This document shows, piece by piece, positions 18,498 to 27,317 of a stretch of 64,000 bases of DNA. Numbering within the stretch: the first letter of the stretch is position 1; each line of letters begins with the position of its first letter. The notes beneath the pieces are model-generated. The model searched no databases, was not told the origin of the DNA, and saw only the letters and a list, made by a program, of their open reading frames with translations. Origin of the DNA: Desulfarculia bacterium (GTDB lineage Bacteria > Desulfobacterota > Desulfarculia > Adiutricales > JAGVGV01); contig OY759590.1 in NCBI GenBank assembly GCA_963662445.1, positions 2,560,249 to 2,624,248 of the forward strand, in the 5' to 3' direction. A program made the position numbers and the translations under genes.

Positions 18498-21400
18498 ATG
18501 AAAATACTTTTTATAAGTCCTCGGCCTTTCGGTCTGATGGGGACTCCCGGAACATATCTTCTTGTGGAAGCGTATGCGCAAAATGCTCATGTCTGTGTCA
18601 TTGCCAATAAGGACCATGACGATTCGTTCAGAATCGTGCATCCTCCATCCTCCCGTGTTGAATTGCATGAGATATCTTTTAGCAATGCTGAATATCTTCT
18701 CGACATACTGAGAATTGTCCAAATATTTAGACCTGATATCGTAACAATCGGGAGTCACCCTGGATGGACATTCATTCTTGATTACCTAAAAGCGCATTAT
18801 TCAGCAGCGAAGTATGTCTATGACATAAAATCTCCTCTTCTGGCTCCGGGCAATTCGAGGAGGAGCCTTGAAACTGCAAAAAGAGGTAGAATATCTGCGA
18901 AGAATGTTGATCTGGTCCTGACCCGTTGCCTCGAAGATGTGCAGACATGGATTCCCGAATGCTCAAAGCCTGTCCTGGTCTACCCTTTGGGAGTAAAACT
19001 GACGAATTATGAGCCTATAAAAATAGGTGAGGGTTTCTCCAGCTGCACGAGATTTGTTTATGTGGGAGCCATTGCTCCACTGAGGATGCTTGAAAAACTT
19101 CTTGAATTTATAGCCGCATTGCCTTGGAAGATCAGAAAGGTCGTCAGGTTTGATTTTTATGGATCGGGCCCTGCTGAATCAAGTTTTGTAAATACAATAG
19201 ATGAACTTCGCCTTAATAAGATTGTATCGTATAATGGTTGTGCCGATACAGTCCAACTGCCCAAATTACTGACAAATTATGAAGCTGGATTAGCTTGGGT
19301 GCCCCACGAACTATATGATACGGCTCCATCTTTGAAGATAGTTGAGTATACATCTGCAGGGCTATTACCGATTGCTATGGATACTACCGCGCACAAGCGT
19401 TTTGCGGATAATGGCTTCCATGTATCATTCTTCTCTGATACAGCCAATTCCTTTGCCTGTGCAATTGGAAAAGCCGTTATCGAAGGTTACAATGCAGAAA
19501 AAAGATCCGAAAATATGGATAGAATTAGGAAGTATGATTGGTCTAACATTGTAGAAAGCTATATATTTCCGGCTTTTGTTGATCTATTAGACACGAATGC
19601 GATGATGACAAGCCAAAGGGAAAATGAGCCGGTTGACAAGAGTCACCATGCTTTCACGTATAGCGATCAGAGTATTGTTGTTCGCAATAATTGGCAACAT
19701 GATTTGCACAATATGGAAATTGAGAAAAAGAGAATACTGTTTATTGGTCCCCCTGGATTTGCTGAAAAGATATGGGATACTAGGGCAAGATATATCATTC
19801 CAGATTTGTTTGATAGTATTCCTTCGAATTGGGATGTATATTTTCTTACTGGAGAAGTGCCGGAATATGCGTGGGACGCTATTAATTCCCTCATTGAAAA
19901 ATATAAAATTAGACACATTGAAATAGGGCCAAAACCTAAAAGAATTTCATTCGATGAATATTGGGATTCAGAAATTGTCAAATACGCTAAATTTGTTCGG
20001 CCGGACTTCATCTCGAACATATTTGGGGCATTAAGGGCAGGTAAAGCCATTGCCCTTGCAGCAGAGGACGTAGGGGCAAGAGCAATATTGCGTGTCCCTG
20101 GGGATGAAATATTGTCGAGGGTTAACATGGGCGTATATCAAGAGAAGTCCAATAAATACATTGTGGATATGGAGCGGCAGCAGATTGCTTATGATCTGTC
20201 CGACGCCATCATTGCAATGTCGCCGTGGGAAAGAGAGCGCATATGCGGATTTCTCGAAGAAGATAAACATGCCAAAGTTCATATCTGTATGAGAGGTGTT
20301 GATACAGATATTTTCAAACCAAATTACGCGAAGGAAAACAATACTAAACAAATAAAACGTTTTCTTTATCTTGGAAGAATGTCTAAGGAAAAAGGCTACG
20401 ATATAGTTGAGGAAGCAGCCAAGATATGTTGGGAGAAGGAAAAAGATATTGAATTTACATTTGCTGGTAACTTTGGAACGAGTAAAATAGCTAACAGAAA
20501 CTATATCGGTTGGGTGGAGAGCTCCTCACTACCAGATATCTTCAGAGGTCATGATGCGCTAATACTGGTGTCACGAACGGAAGGATTTCCTCAAGTCGTG
20601 GCGGAAGCTATGGCTAGTGGATTACCCTGTATATTGTCCAGGTCGCTATTTTCCAAGATATTTAGAAACAAGGAAGATGCTTTACTGACAGAGATGAATC
20701 CGCAGGCGGCGTCAGATGCTGTATTGGAGCTGTATAACGACGTTCAATTATCTCATATGCTGGCAAAAAGGAGCAGGTTGATAGCGACGACATATATGAA
20801 AAAGGAAATATGGAAAGAAGTATACCGCGATATAATATTGGGTAATAATCAATATTCAACGAGAAAAAGACAATCTTACTATATGACCAAGTGGCATGAT
20901 TTTGGAAATGAATCCGGAATTGAAGCTGCATTTAATTGTGAAAGAATAACTAATTGCCACGCAGATGTTGCGAGAGTTACCAATAGACAAAGAGTGAAAA
21001 GTGTCACCACGAGTATGCGAAGGCAAAATACTCTCTACTCTGTTGCTGAAAAAAAATTAAAGATGTTGATGATTAGTCCGAGACCATTCGGCCTAATGGG
21101 GACTCCAGGCACCTATGAGTTAGCTGAACGTCTATCTGACTATATGGATGTATGTGTAGTTTCAAATTCAAATAAAGTAAAGAATATAGAAATTGTTCAT
21201 TCGGCCTCAAATAACATCAGATTGTACGGAATTGATTTTGCGGATAAGACAATAGTTTTTGCTTTGATGAAGGAGATTCTTTCTCAATATAGGCCAGATA
21301 TTGTATATCTTCTCTGTGGCGCTGATTGGTTTTCGTTTTTGGATTATTGTAAAAAAGAAAGGCCTAGTAGTAAGTATGTATTGGACATCAAATCTCCATA

Positions 21401-24035
21401 TTTCCATTCCCAAAAGATAGAACGTCATGAGTCGCTTAAGAAAAATGGTGATTCAGAGTCAAACAAACTTGACTTGATATTGAGTTATTCCGAAGAGATA
21501 ATTGACTCATGGTTTAGTAAAAGGGATGTTAATAGCATAGTATATCGTCTTGGAATTGAGAAGGCAAACTATAGTCCTAAAAAAATAAATACAGCGACAA
21601 TTCCTTGCATGAAAATTGTATATATTGGGTCTATACACCCAAAAAGGAAAATGCATCGCCTTTTGAATTATATTGAGTCATTACCTTTACAGATAAGGGA
21701 AAAGGTGCGTTTTAGCTTTTTCGGAAGCGGCCCGGGAGTTGATGATCTCTGTAAAGACATTATTAAGAAAGGGCTAAATAGAAATGTCTCATATGAAGGA
21801 TGCCTGAATGGATTAGATCTGGCAAATAGATTGAGTGAATATGATGCAGGATTGGCATGGGTTCCACATGAAATATTCAACTATTCTCCATCTTTAAAGA
21901 TATTGGAATATATGGCAGCAGGTCTTTGTCCCATAGCGATGGATACAGTTGCCCATAAACGATTGGCGGAGCAAGGTTTTGAAATTAAATTTTTTACGGA
22001 TTCAGCAGAATCATTCGCCGCTACTATCGGTGAATTAGTTAAGGGTGGTTTTTTGAATGTTCAAAGGGAAAACAATCTGAAATTGATTGATAGGCATGAT
22101 TGGGACAATATTGTGAAAGAAGAAATATTGCCAGTATTGATGGGTGTGATGGGAAAGACGGAAAAGAATATAAGAAAAAAAGACGATAAGACTAAACAAA
22201 GTGATGTCAATATGCGAACAGAAGATAACTGGGGTTTTGCAAATAATATGAACAGAAAACATGAAATCGATATAGAAAAAACATATTTTTGGGACTTGTC
22301 ATATAATATTGAGAAACACAAAAGGATAACAACCGGAAAAACACGCATAGCCGGTATAGTTGGAGAGAGACTTTTTAGCAGCATAAGATACGATGCGGAA
22401 TTACTGGTATTAACACCAAATAATTGGGAACAGATACTTAAATATGGAAAACCACGCTTTATATTGATGGAATCGACATGGTCTACGGTAACTGGTCATT
22501 GGTATATGGCACAGAGTATAAAGAATAGTGAACAAGAAGAACTATTAGAAATATTGGATCAGGCAAAGAAGCGTGGAATACCCAGCGTCTATTGGATAAC
22601 ATCTGATCACTCAATGCACGATCATTTTAGCGATTTTGCTAAGCATTTTGATTTTGTCTATTGCGCAGACATGAAAGAAATAGGTTTATTTAAAAGGGAT
22701 GGTATAAACGCGGCGATATTACTTCCTGCGGTTCAACCGGTTATTTTTAATCCCATACATAATTTCAATCAAAATAAAATAAGGAAATCAGGAATCCTTT
22801 ATGATGGCTGGGTCGATCTTTTTAGGTACCCGGAACTTGGTAATATATTGAGTAAAGTTAAAAAAGATAATCTAAATATATATCAATCTGACTTGATGAT
22901 GTACAGAACACAAGTTAAGCACACAGCTAACAATTTGGCTCAATCAATTAGAGGTACAATAACAAAAAGTGCTTTGCCATATCTTTTAAGAGACGCAGAG
23001 ATGTATATATCATTTGAGAAAACAGCCTTATCAAAGACACAAAAATTATGGTCCTTATTGGAGGCTGCTGCGTCTAGACTACCCTTAGCTCATTTAGGCA
23101 AAATAGAAGTTGATGATCCTCGCAATAAACTTGTAAAACAATTTGATAATGAATTTGAATTTATTCAATTTGTAAATCAGGAGAGTGAGTTCAGTTTTGA
23201 AATAGAAAAAAATAGGCATCTGGCCTGGAGAGAAACATTTTACAAGCATATCATGGCCAAACGTATCCAGCAGATATGTAATGACATAGGTATTGAAGAT
23301 GAATGGCAGGAATTTCCTAAGGCTACTTTAGTTACCGGAACAATGAGACGAACATTATTGCCTAAGTGTTTTGAACAGTATGAGAATCAAGTATACCCTA
23401 ATAAAGAGTTGATTCTTATCTATAATGGCAATGTTAGTGATGTCGAAGAATATAAGAAACTCTATTCTGATAGAGATGATATCATAATTGAGGCTATTTC
23501 AACTGATTTTTCCGTTGGAACAGTGTTAAATTATGGAATAATCAGGGCAAGGGGAGACTATTTTTTTCGTATTGATGACGATGACATATATGGTCCCAAT
23601 TATATTTTGGATTCATTGTTATATCTAAGGGGAACCGACGCTGATATATTTGGTAAAAGAGCCTCATATTTTAGCTTTGAAGATGATCCTGCAGTGTATC
23701 TAAGAAATAAGTTGTTACCAATAATACAAAAATTTCCATCAAAAAGACTTCATGAGAGTCATGATACGCTTATAAGTGGCTGTAGTTTTGGAGGAAAAAC
23801 TGAGTATTTAAAAAGACATAGATATCCTGACGGTATACATGCTTCAGCTGATACTGCAATCATTGATTCACTTAAGAGGCAAAAACAAGATGTTGAATGC
23901 CTAATTATGGATAGCTTAAACTTGGTTGTAAAAAGAAATAGCCGGCTTAATAGTCATACATGGAGAATGGACAATAATAAAATAAAGGACGAGGCAATAA
24001 AGGCAACTGAAAATTGCTCTGATGTCATATTTTAA
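18498..24035 (+). CDS. 1845-aa five-module glycosyltransferase: GT4-like A1, canonical GT4, GT4-like A2, CgeB/DUF3880-like, GT2
   Basis: Single uninterrupted ORF. A1 spans aa 1-365 and A2 spans aa 856-1215; they share MISPRPFGLMGTPGTY, RPDIV, KYV.DIKSP, GSGP, AGLAWVPHE, SPSLKI.EY..AGL.PIAMDT.AHKR. The GT4 module (aa 411-781) has LGRMSKEKGYD..SRTEGFPQVVAEAMASGLP. The C-terminal GT2 has YPNKELILIYNG..FFRIDDDDIYGPNY. Confidence 0.85.
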   Translation: MKILFISPRPFGLMGTPGTYLLVEAYAQNAHVCVIANKDHDDSFRIVHPPSSRVELHEISFSNAEYLLDILRIVQIFRPDIVTIGSHPGWTFILDYLKAHYSAAKYVYDIKSPLLAPGNSRRSLETAKRGRISAKNVDLVLTRCLEDVQTWIPECSKPVLVYPLGVKLTNYEPIKIGEGFSSCTRFVYVGAIAPLRMLEKLLEFIAALPWKIRKVVRFDFYGSGPAESSFVNTIDELRLNKIVSYNGCADTVQLPKLLTNYEAGLAWVPHELYDTAPSLKIVEYTSAGLLPIAMDTTAHKRFADNGFHVSFFSDTANSFACAIGKAVIEGYNAEKRSENMDRIRKYDWSNIVESYIFPAFVDLLDTNAMMTSQRENEPVDKSHHAFTYSDQSIVVRNNWQHDLHNMEIEKKRILFIGPPGFAEKIWDTRARYIIPDLFDSIPSNWDVYFLTGEVPEYAWDAINSLIEKYKIRHIEIGPKPKRISFDEYWDSEIVKYAKFVRPDFISNIFGALRAGKAIALAAEDVGARAILRVPGDEILSRVNMGVYQEKSNKYIVDMERQQIAYDLSDAIIAMSPWERERICGFLEEDKHAKVHICMRGVDTDIFKPNYAKENNTKQIKRFLYLGRMSKEKGYDIVEEAAKICWEKEKDIEFTFAGNFGTSKIANRNYIGWVESSSLPDIFRGHDALILVSRTEGFPQVVAEAMASGLPCILSRSLFSKIFRNKEDALLTEMNPQAASDAVLELYNDVQLSHMLAKRSRLIATTYMKKEIWKEVYRDIILGNNQYSTRKRQSYYMTKWHDFGNESGIEAAFNCERITNCHADVARVTNRQRVKSVTTSMRRQNTLYSVAEKKLKMLMISPRPFGLMGTPGTYELAERLSDYMDVCVVSNSNKVKNIEIVHSASNNIRLYGIDFADKTIVFALMKEILSQYRPDIVYLLCGADWFSFLDYCKKERPSSKYVLDIKSPYFHSQKIERHESLKKNGDSESNKLDLILSYSEEIIDSWFSKRDVNSIVYRLGIEKANYSPKKINTATIPCMKIVYIGSIHPKRKMHRLLNYIESLPLQIREKVRFSFFGSGPGVDDLCKDIIKKGLNRNVSYEGCLNGLDLANRLSEYDAGLAWVPHEIFNYSPSLKILEYMAAGLCPIAMDTVAHKRLAEQGFEIKFFTDSAESFAATIGELVKGGFLNVQRENNLKLIDRHDWDNIVKEEILPVLMGVMGKTEKNIRKKDDKTKQSDVNMRTEDNWGFANNMNRKHEIDIEKTYFWDLSYNIEKHKRITTGKTRIAGIVGERLFSSIRYDAELLVLTPNNWEQILKYGKPRFILMESTWSTVTGHWYMAQSIKNSEQEELLEILDQAKKRGIPSVYWITSDHSMHDHFSDFAKHFDFVYCADMKEIGLFKRDGINAAILLPAVQPVIFNPIHNFNQNKIRKSGILYDGWVDLFRYPELGNILSKVKKDNLNIYQSDLMMYRTQVKHTANNLAQSIRGTITKSALPYLLRDAEMYISFEKTALSKTQKLWSLLEAAASRLPLAHLGKIEVDDPRNKLVKQFDNEFEFIQFVNQESEFSFEIEKNRHLAWRETFYKHIMAKRIQQICNDIGIEDEWQEFPKATLVTGTMRRTLLPKCFEQYENQVYPNKELILIYNGNVSDVEEYKKLYSDRDDIIIEAISTDFSVGTVLNYGIIRARGDYFFRIDDDDIYGPNYILDSLLYLRGTDADIFGKRASYFSFEDDPAVYLRNKLLPIIQKFPSKRLHESHDTLISGCSFGGKTEYLKRHRYPDGIHASADTAIIDSLKRQKQDVECLIMDSLNLVVKRNSRLNSHTWRMDNNKIKDEAIKATENCSDVIF

Positions 24036-24099
24036 TGAAAGATAGACAAAGACAAGGCCTTTAGCATAGCAAATTCAATAATGCAAATTGGTGAGGAGT

Positions 24100-25116
24100 A
24101 TGTTAGAATATTGTAATATATTGATTACAGGTGGCTGCGGATTTATTGGGACATCAATAGTAGATAGAATTAATAGACTGTACAGTGGAAAGAAGGTATT
24201 AATTCTAGACAATTTTGTTACTGGAACTCCAAAAGATCTGGCTGAGGTGGCAAGTTTTAAAACGGCTTCAAGCGGTGATTGGCCAACGAAAGAAGGAATA
24301 ACACTGGTCAAAGGAGATATACGTGATAAGGATTGTGTTATGCAGTGTTGTAAGGGGGTCGACTGTATTATACATCTAGCGGCGAATACTGGAGTTGGCC
24401 CATCAGTTCAAAATCCATCGTTGGACATGGAATGCAATGTTGTCGGAACATTTAATTTATTGGAGGCGGCTAGATTAAATAATGTAAAAAAGTTCATATT
24501 TGCTTCTTCGGGAGCACCTGCCGGGGAAGTTGAACCACCTATACACGAAGAGTTACCTCCACATCCTGTATCACCCTATGGAGCGAGTAAATTGGCTGGA
24601 GAAGGATACTGTTCAGCTTACTACAGAACTTTTGGGTTGCGAACAATTTGTTTAAGATTCGGCAACGTATATGGTCCCAGGTCAAAGAAGAAGTCAAGCG
24701 TGGTGGCAAAATTCATCAGGCAGGCCTTGGCTGGAGAAGAGTGCGTTATATTTGGCGATGGAACACAAACCAGGGACTTTATTTATATTGATGATTTAGT
24801 AGGTGCTGTCTTGCTGGCAATGCACAAGGATGTGGGGGGGGAGACTTTTCAAATTGCCACAGGCCTGGAATGTACGGTAAGTGAGATTGCAGAATTAATT
24901 CAAAAAAAGATGCATAAAAACGGAATAGATATGAAAATTGTTTATGATAATCCGCGAATGGGAGACGTAAGACGTAACTTTGCAGATACAACAAAAGCCA
25001 AAATTGGTTTAGGCTGGACTGCTGCTGTGCCACTGGAAGAGGGATTAGAGAAAACACTATCATACTTTTTAGATATTGCTGTTAGTGACCAGAACAAGGA
25101 GATGACCGATGACTGA
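24100..25116 (+). CDS. NAD-dependent sugar-nucleotide epimerase/dehydratase (extended SDR)
   Basis: ILITGGCGFIGTSIV and the YGASKLAGE catalytic YxxxK. Substrate is not assignable. The start is ambiguous (24088 TTG or 24100 ATG). Confidence 0.85.
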   Translation: MLEYCNILITGGCGFIGTSIVDRINRLYSGKKVLILDNFVTGTPKDLAEVASFKTASSGDWPTKEGITLVKGDIRDKDCVMQCCKGVDCIIHLAANTGVGPSVQNPSLDMECNVVGTFNLLEAARLNNVKKFIFASSGAPAGEVEPPIHEELPPHPVSPYGASKLAGEGYCSAYYRTFGLRTICLRFGNVYGPRSKKKSSVVAKFIRQALAGEECVIFGDGTQTRDFIYIDDLVGAVLLAMHKDVGGETFQIATGLECTVSEIAELIQKKMHKNGIDMKIVYDNPRMGDVRRNFADTTKAKIGLGWTAAVPLEEGLEKTLSYFLDIAVSDQNKEMTDD

Positions 25117-26410
25117 TAACCAGACTAAAGATGTAGTTGTGGTATTAAGCGCCGGCAGGTCTGGTACGTCTTTACTTATGAATGTCATGAACAGGTTGGG
25201 GATGGAGCTTTCCGAGGAGATGATTCCTGGAAGGTACGGAAATCCGGATGGTTATTTTGAAGATTCTGAAATAGTTCAGATACACCAGAATTTAATTAAA
25301 GATATTTCCGCAAAGGCTAATCTGCCACTCCCAGATAACTGGCTATTGAATGAAAAGGTAAAAAGTGCTGTACCCAAACTTAAGACGATATTGAAAGATC
25401 GTCTTCAAAAATGTAACGGAACATGGGGGTTTAAAGATCCTCGTACTTCGGTGTTGTTGCCTTTATGGCTAAGAGTTTTCAATTCCGCAGTAGTAAATCC
25501 GATTTTTGTCCTGGCCATAAGACATCCAGCGGCAATGGTAGTTTCAATGCGCCGCATCGTAGACAATGACGATACGGTAACAGAACTACAATGGCTTCAC
25601 CGCACATGTGAAGCTCTGTATAACACTTCCGGCGATTGCTACATCGTTCATTATGAAGACTGGTTTAGAAGAGGGGAAGAAATAGCTGGTGAGCTACTTA
25701 ATTACACCGGTCTGGAAAATAGTTTTGGGGAAAAAGACATTAGCGATGCGCTGCGGGGACTGATAAAAGACAATTTGAACCGTTCAGTCTATGAAGATTA
25801 TGACATACAGAACAAGTATGTAGCTATGTTATATGAGAGCCTACAAAATTGTCGGGGCAAGGATTTTGATCGTTCGAAGTTGATGGAGACCGTGAAAGAA
25901 TGTCGGAATGCTATTCACGGTTTTAAGGGGTGGTACCAATTGGCTCTGGAGGCCGGGAGCGATAAGAACCAGGAAAACGTTAATAAGATAAAGAAACTAG
26001 AAAATGAGCTAAAGGACAAAGAAGAGAAGCAATCCGCCAGAATAGAAGAACTTGAGATTGATGTTGCTAAAAGTGTATCAAATTGCAATAGTTATTTACA
26101 TAAGATAAAGGATCTGGAGGATGAAGTCTGCCATTTGAGAATAAGAGTTACAGCCCTGGCTTTGGCCTCTACTAACAACGCCTCTGAAAGTGGTAGACAG
26201 TCCAAAGGTATTGTAAGCGGCTTAGACTATGAATTGAACAGGTGTCGTTGCGAGTTGCGGGCTATGAGATCTTCAGTCACCTATAGAACAGGCTATTTCG
26301 TTGTAAAAGCGTTCTCTAAGCCGGGGAAAAACACAATTTTGCTTCCTTACCGGCTGATCCGGATTTTTCTAAAACACCTGGCCACACGAAAACGGAAAGT
26401 AATAACTTGA
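25109..26410 (+). CDS. sulfotransferase-family protein with C-terminal coiled coil and basic amphipathic tail
   Basis: 5'-PSB-like VVLSAGRSGTSLLMNVM, 3'-PB-like GFKDPRTS and AIRHPAAMVVSM. Residues about 285-350 show heptad-like K/E/L-rich sequence (NKIKKLENELKDKEEKQSARIEELEIDVAK..IKDLEDEVCHLRIRV). The last ~40 aa are basic and hydrophobic. Confidence 0.72.
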   Translation: MTDNQTKDVVVVLSAGRSGTSLLMNVMNRLGMELSEEMIPGRYGNPDGYFEDSEIVQIHQNLIKDISAKANLPLPDNWLLNEKVKSAVPKLKTILKDRLQKCNGTWGFKDPRTSVLLPLWLRVFNSAVVNPIFVLAIRHPAAMVVSMRRIVDNDDTVTELQWLHRTCEALYNTSGDCYIVHYEDWFRRGEEIAGELLNYTGLENSFGEKDISDALRGLIKDNLNRSVYEDYDIQNKYVAMLYESLQNCRGKDFDRSKLMETVKECRNAIHGFKGWYQLALEAGSDKNQENVNKIKKLENELKDKEEKQSARIEELEIDVAKSVSNCNSYLHKIKDLEDEVCHLRIRVTALALASTNNASESGRQSKGIVSGLDYELNRCRCELRAMRSSVTYRTGYFVVKAFSKPGKNTILLPYRLIRIFLKHLATRKRKVIT

Positions 26411-26468
26411 TATCTATGGGATATGAAGGTCAAAAAGTATAGTTAGAAAAATTATAAAGGCTATCATA

Positions 26469-27251
26469 ATGCTACAACTCACACGCAATTTGCGCGATTA
26501 CCGCAACGCTTTGGTGATTCAGTTCTGGGTCAACATCAGAACAACTGTTGCTGCGACAAGACTCGGTGTCCTATGGTGGATTCTTGATCCGCTCATGCTC
26601 ATGATGATTTATTATTTTGTTATAAAGATTGTTTTTAACCGCGGCGGGCCGGGTTACCATTTTTATGCACTTTGTGGAATTGTGACATGGCAATCTTTTT
26701 CGCGATCTCTGACTCAGTGTACAAACGCACTGATTGGCAATTCTGCGTTAATTAAACAAGCTGTTCTGCCGATAGATCTTTATGTTTTGTTGCCCCCTAT
26801 TGTGCAGGCATTTTTTTATTTAATAGGTCTGGCTATAATAGCTATCTGGAACAATAATGTAGTGGGTTGGTATACTCCAACTGTTCTGGTATTGCTGATT
26901 CCGATGGTCCTTCTGCCATATGCTTTGGGGCTTTTTCTTGCAATACTGAGAACTAGATCTCCAGATTTGGGAAAATTTGTTCCTTATATATTAAGATTCG
27001 GGTTCTATTTCAGTCCTGTTTTGTACGGTCCAGAAAGAATTTATGATTTACACATACCGCAGCTATTTAAAACTTTATATTCTTTGAACCCTATGGTTCA
27101 CATCATAACTGCTGTGCGAGAAGTCTTGTTCGAGGGGCGTATGTTTGATTTGCGTCCGATATTATTGGTATCGATTGCCGCTATCTTATTAACACAGGCT
27201 GGACTTGTATTTTTCCGGCGATTTGCACCGTCAATTCCTAAGTATTTGTAA
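26469..27251 (+). CDS. wzm: ABC-2 type polysaccharide export permease
   Basis: 260 aa, six hydrophobic segments, ABC-2 (Wzm/TagG/KpsM-like) layout, immediately upstream of a Wzt-type ATPase. Confidence 0.85.
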   Translation: MLQLTRNLRDYRNALVIQFWVNIRTTVAATRLGVLWWILDPLMLMMIYYFVIKIVFNRGGPGYHFYALCGIVTWQSFSRSLTQCTNALIGNSALIKQAVLPIDLYVLLPPIVQAFFYLIGLAIIAIWNNNVVGWYTPTVLVLLIPMVLLPYALGLFLAILRTRSPDLGKFVPYILRFGFYFSPVLYGPERIYDLHIPQLFKTLYSLNPMVHIITAVREVLFEGRMFDLRPILLVSIAAILLTQAGLVFFRRFAPSIPKYL

Positions 27252-27317
27252 AATAGATAAAGTGAATATAAAATCGTCTCAAAACAATAAAGTTGACGGT
27301 TTAGCCGTGAGCGTAAA

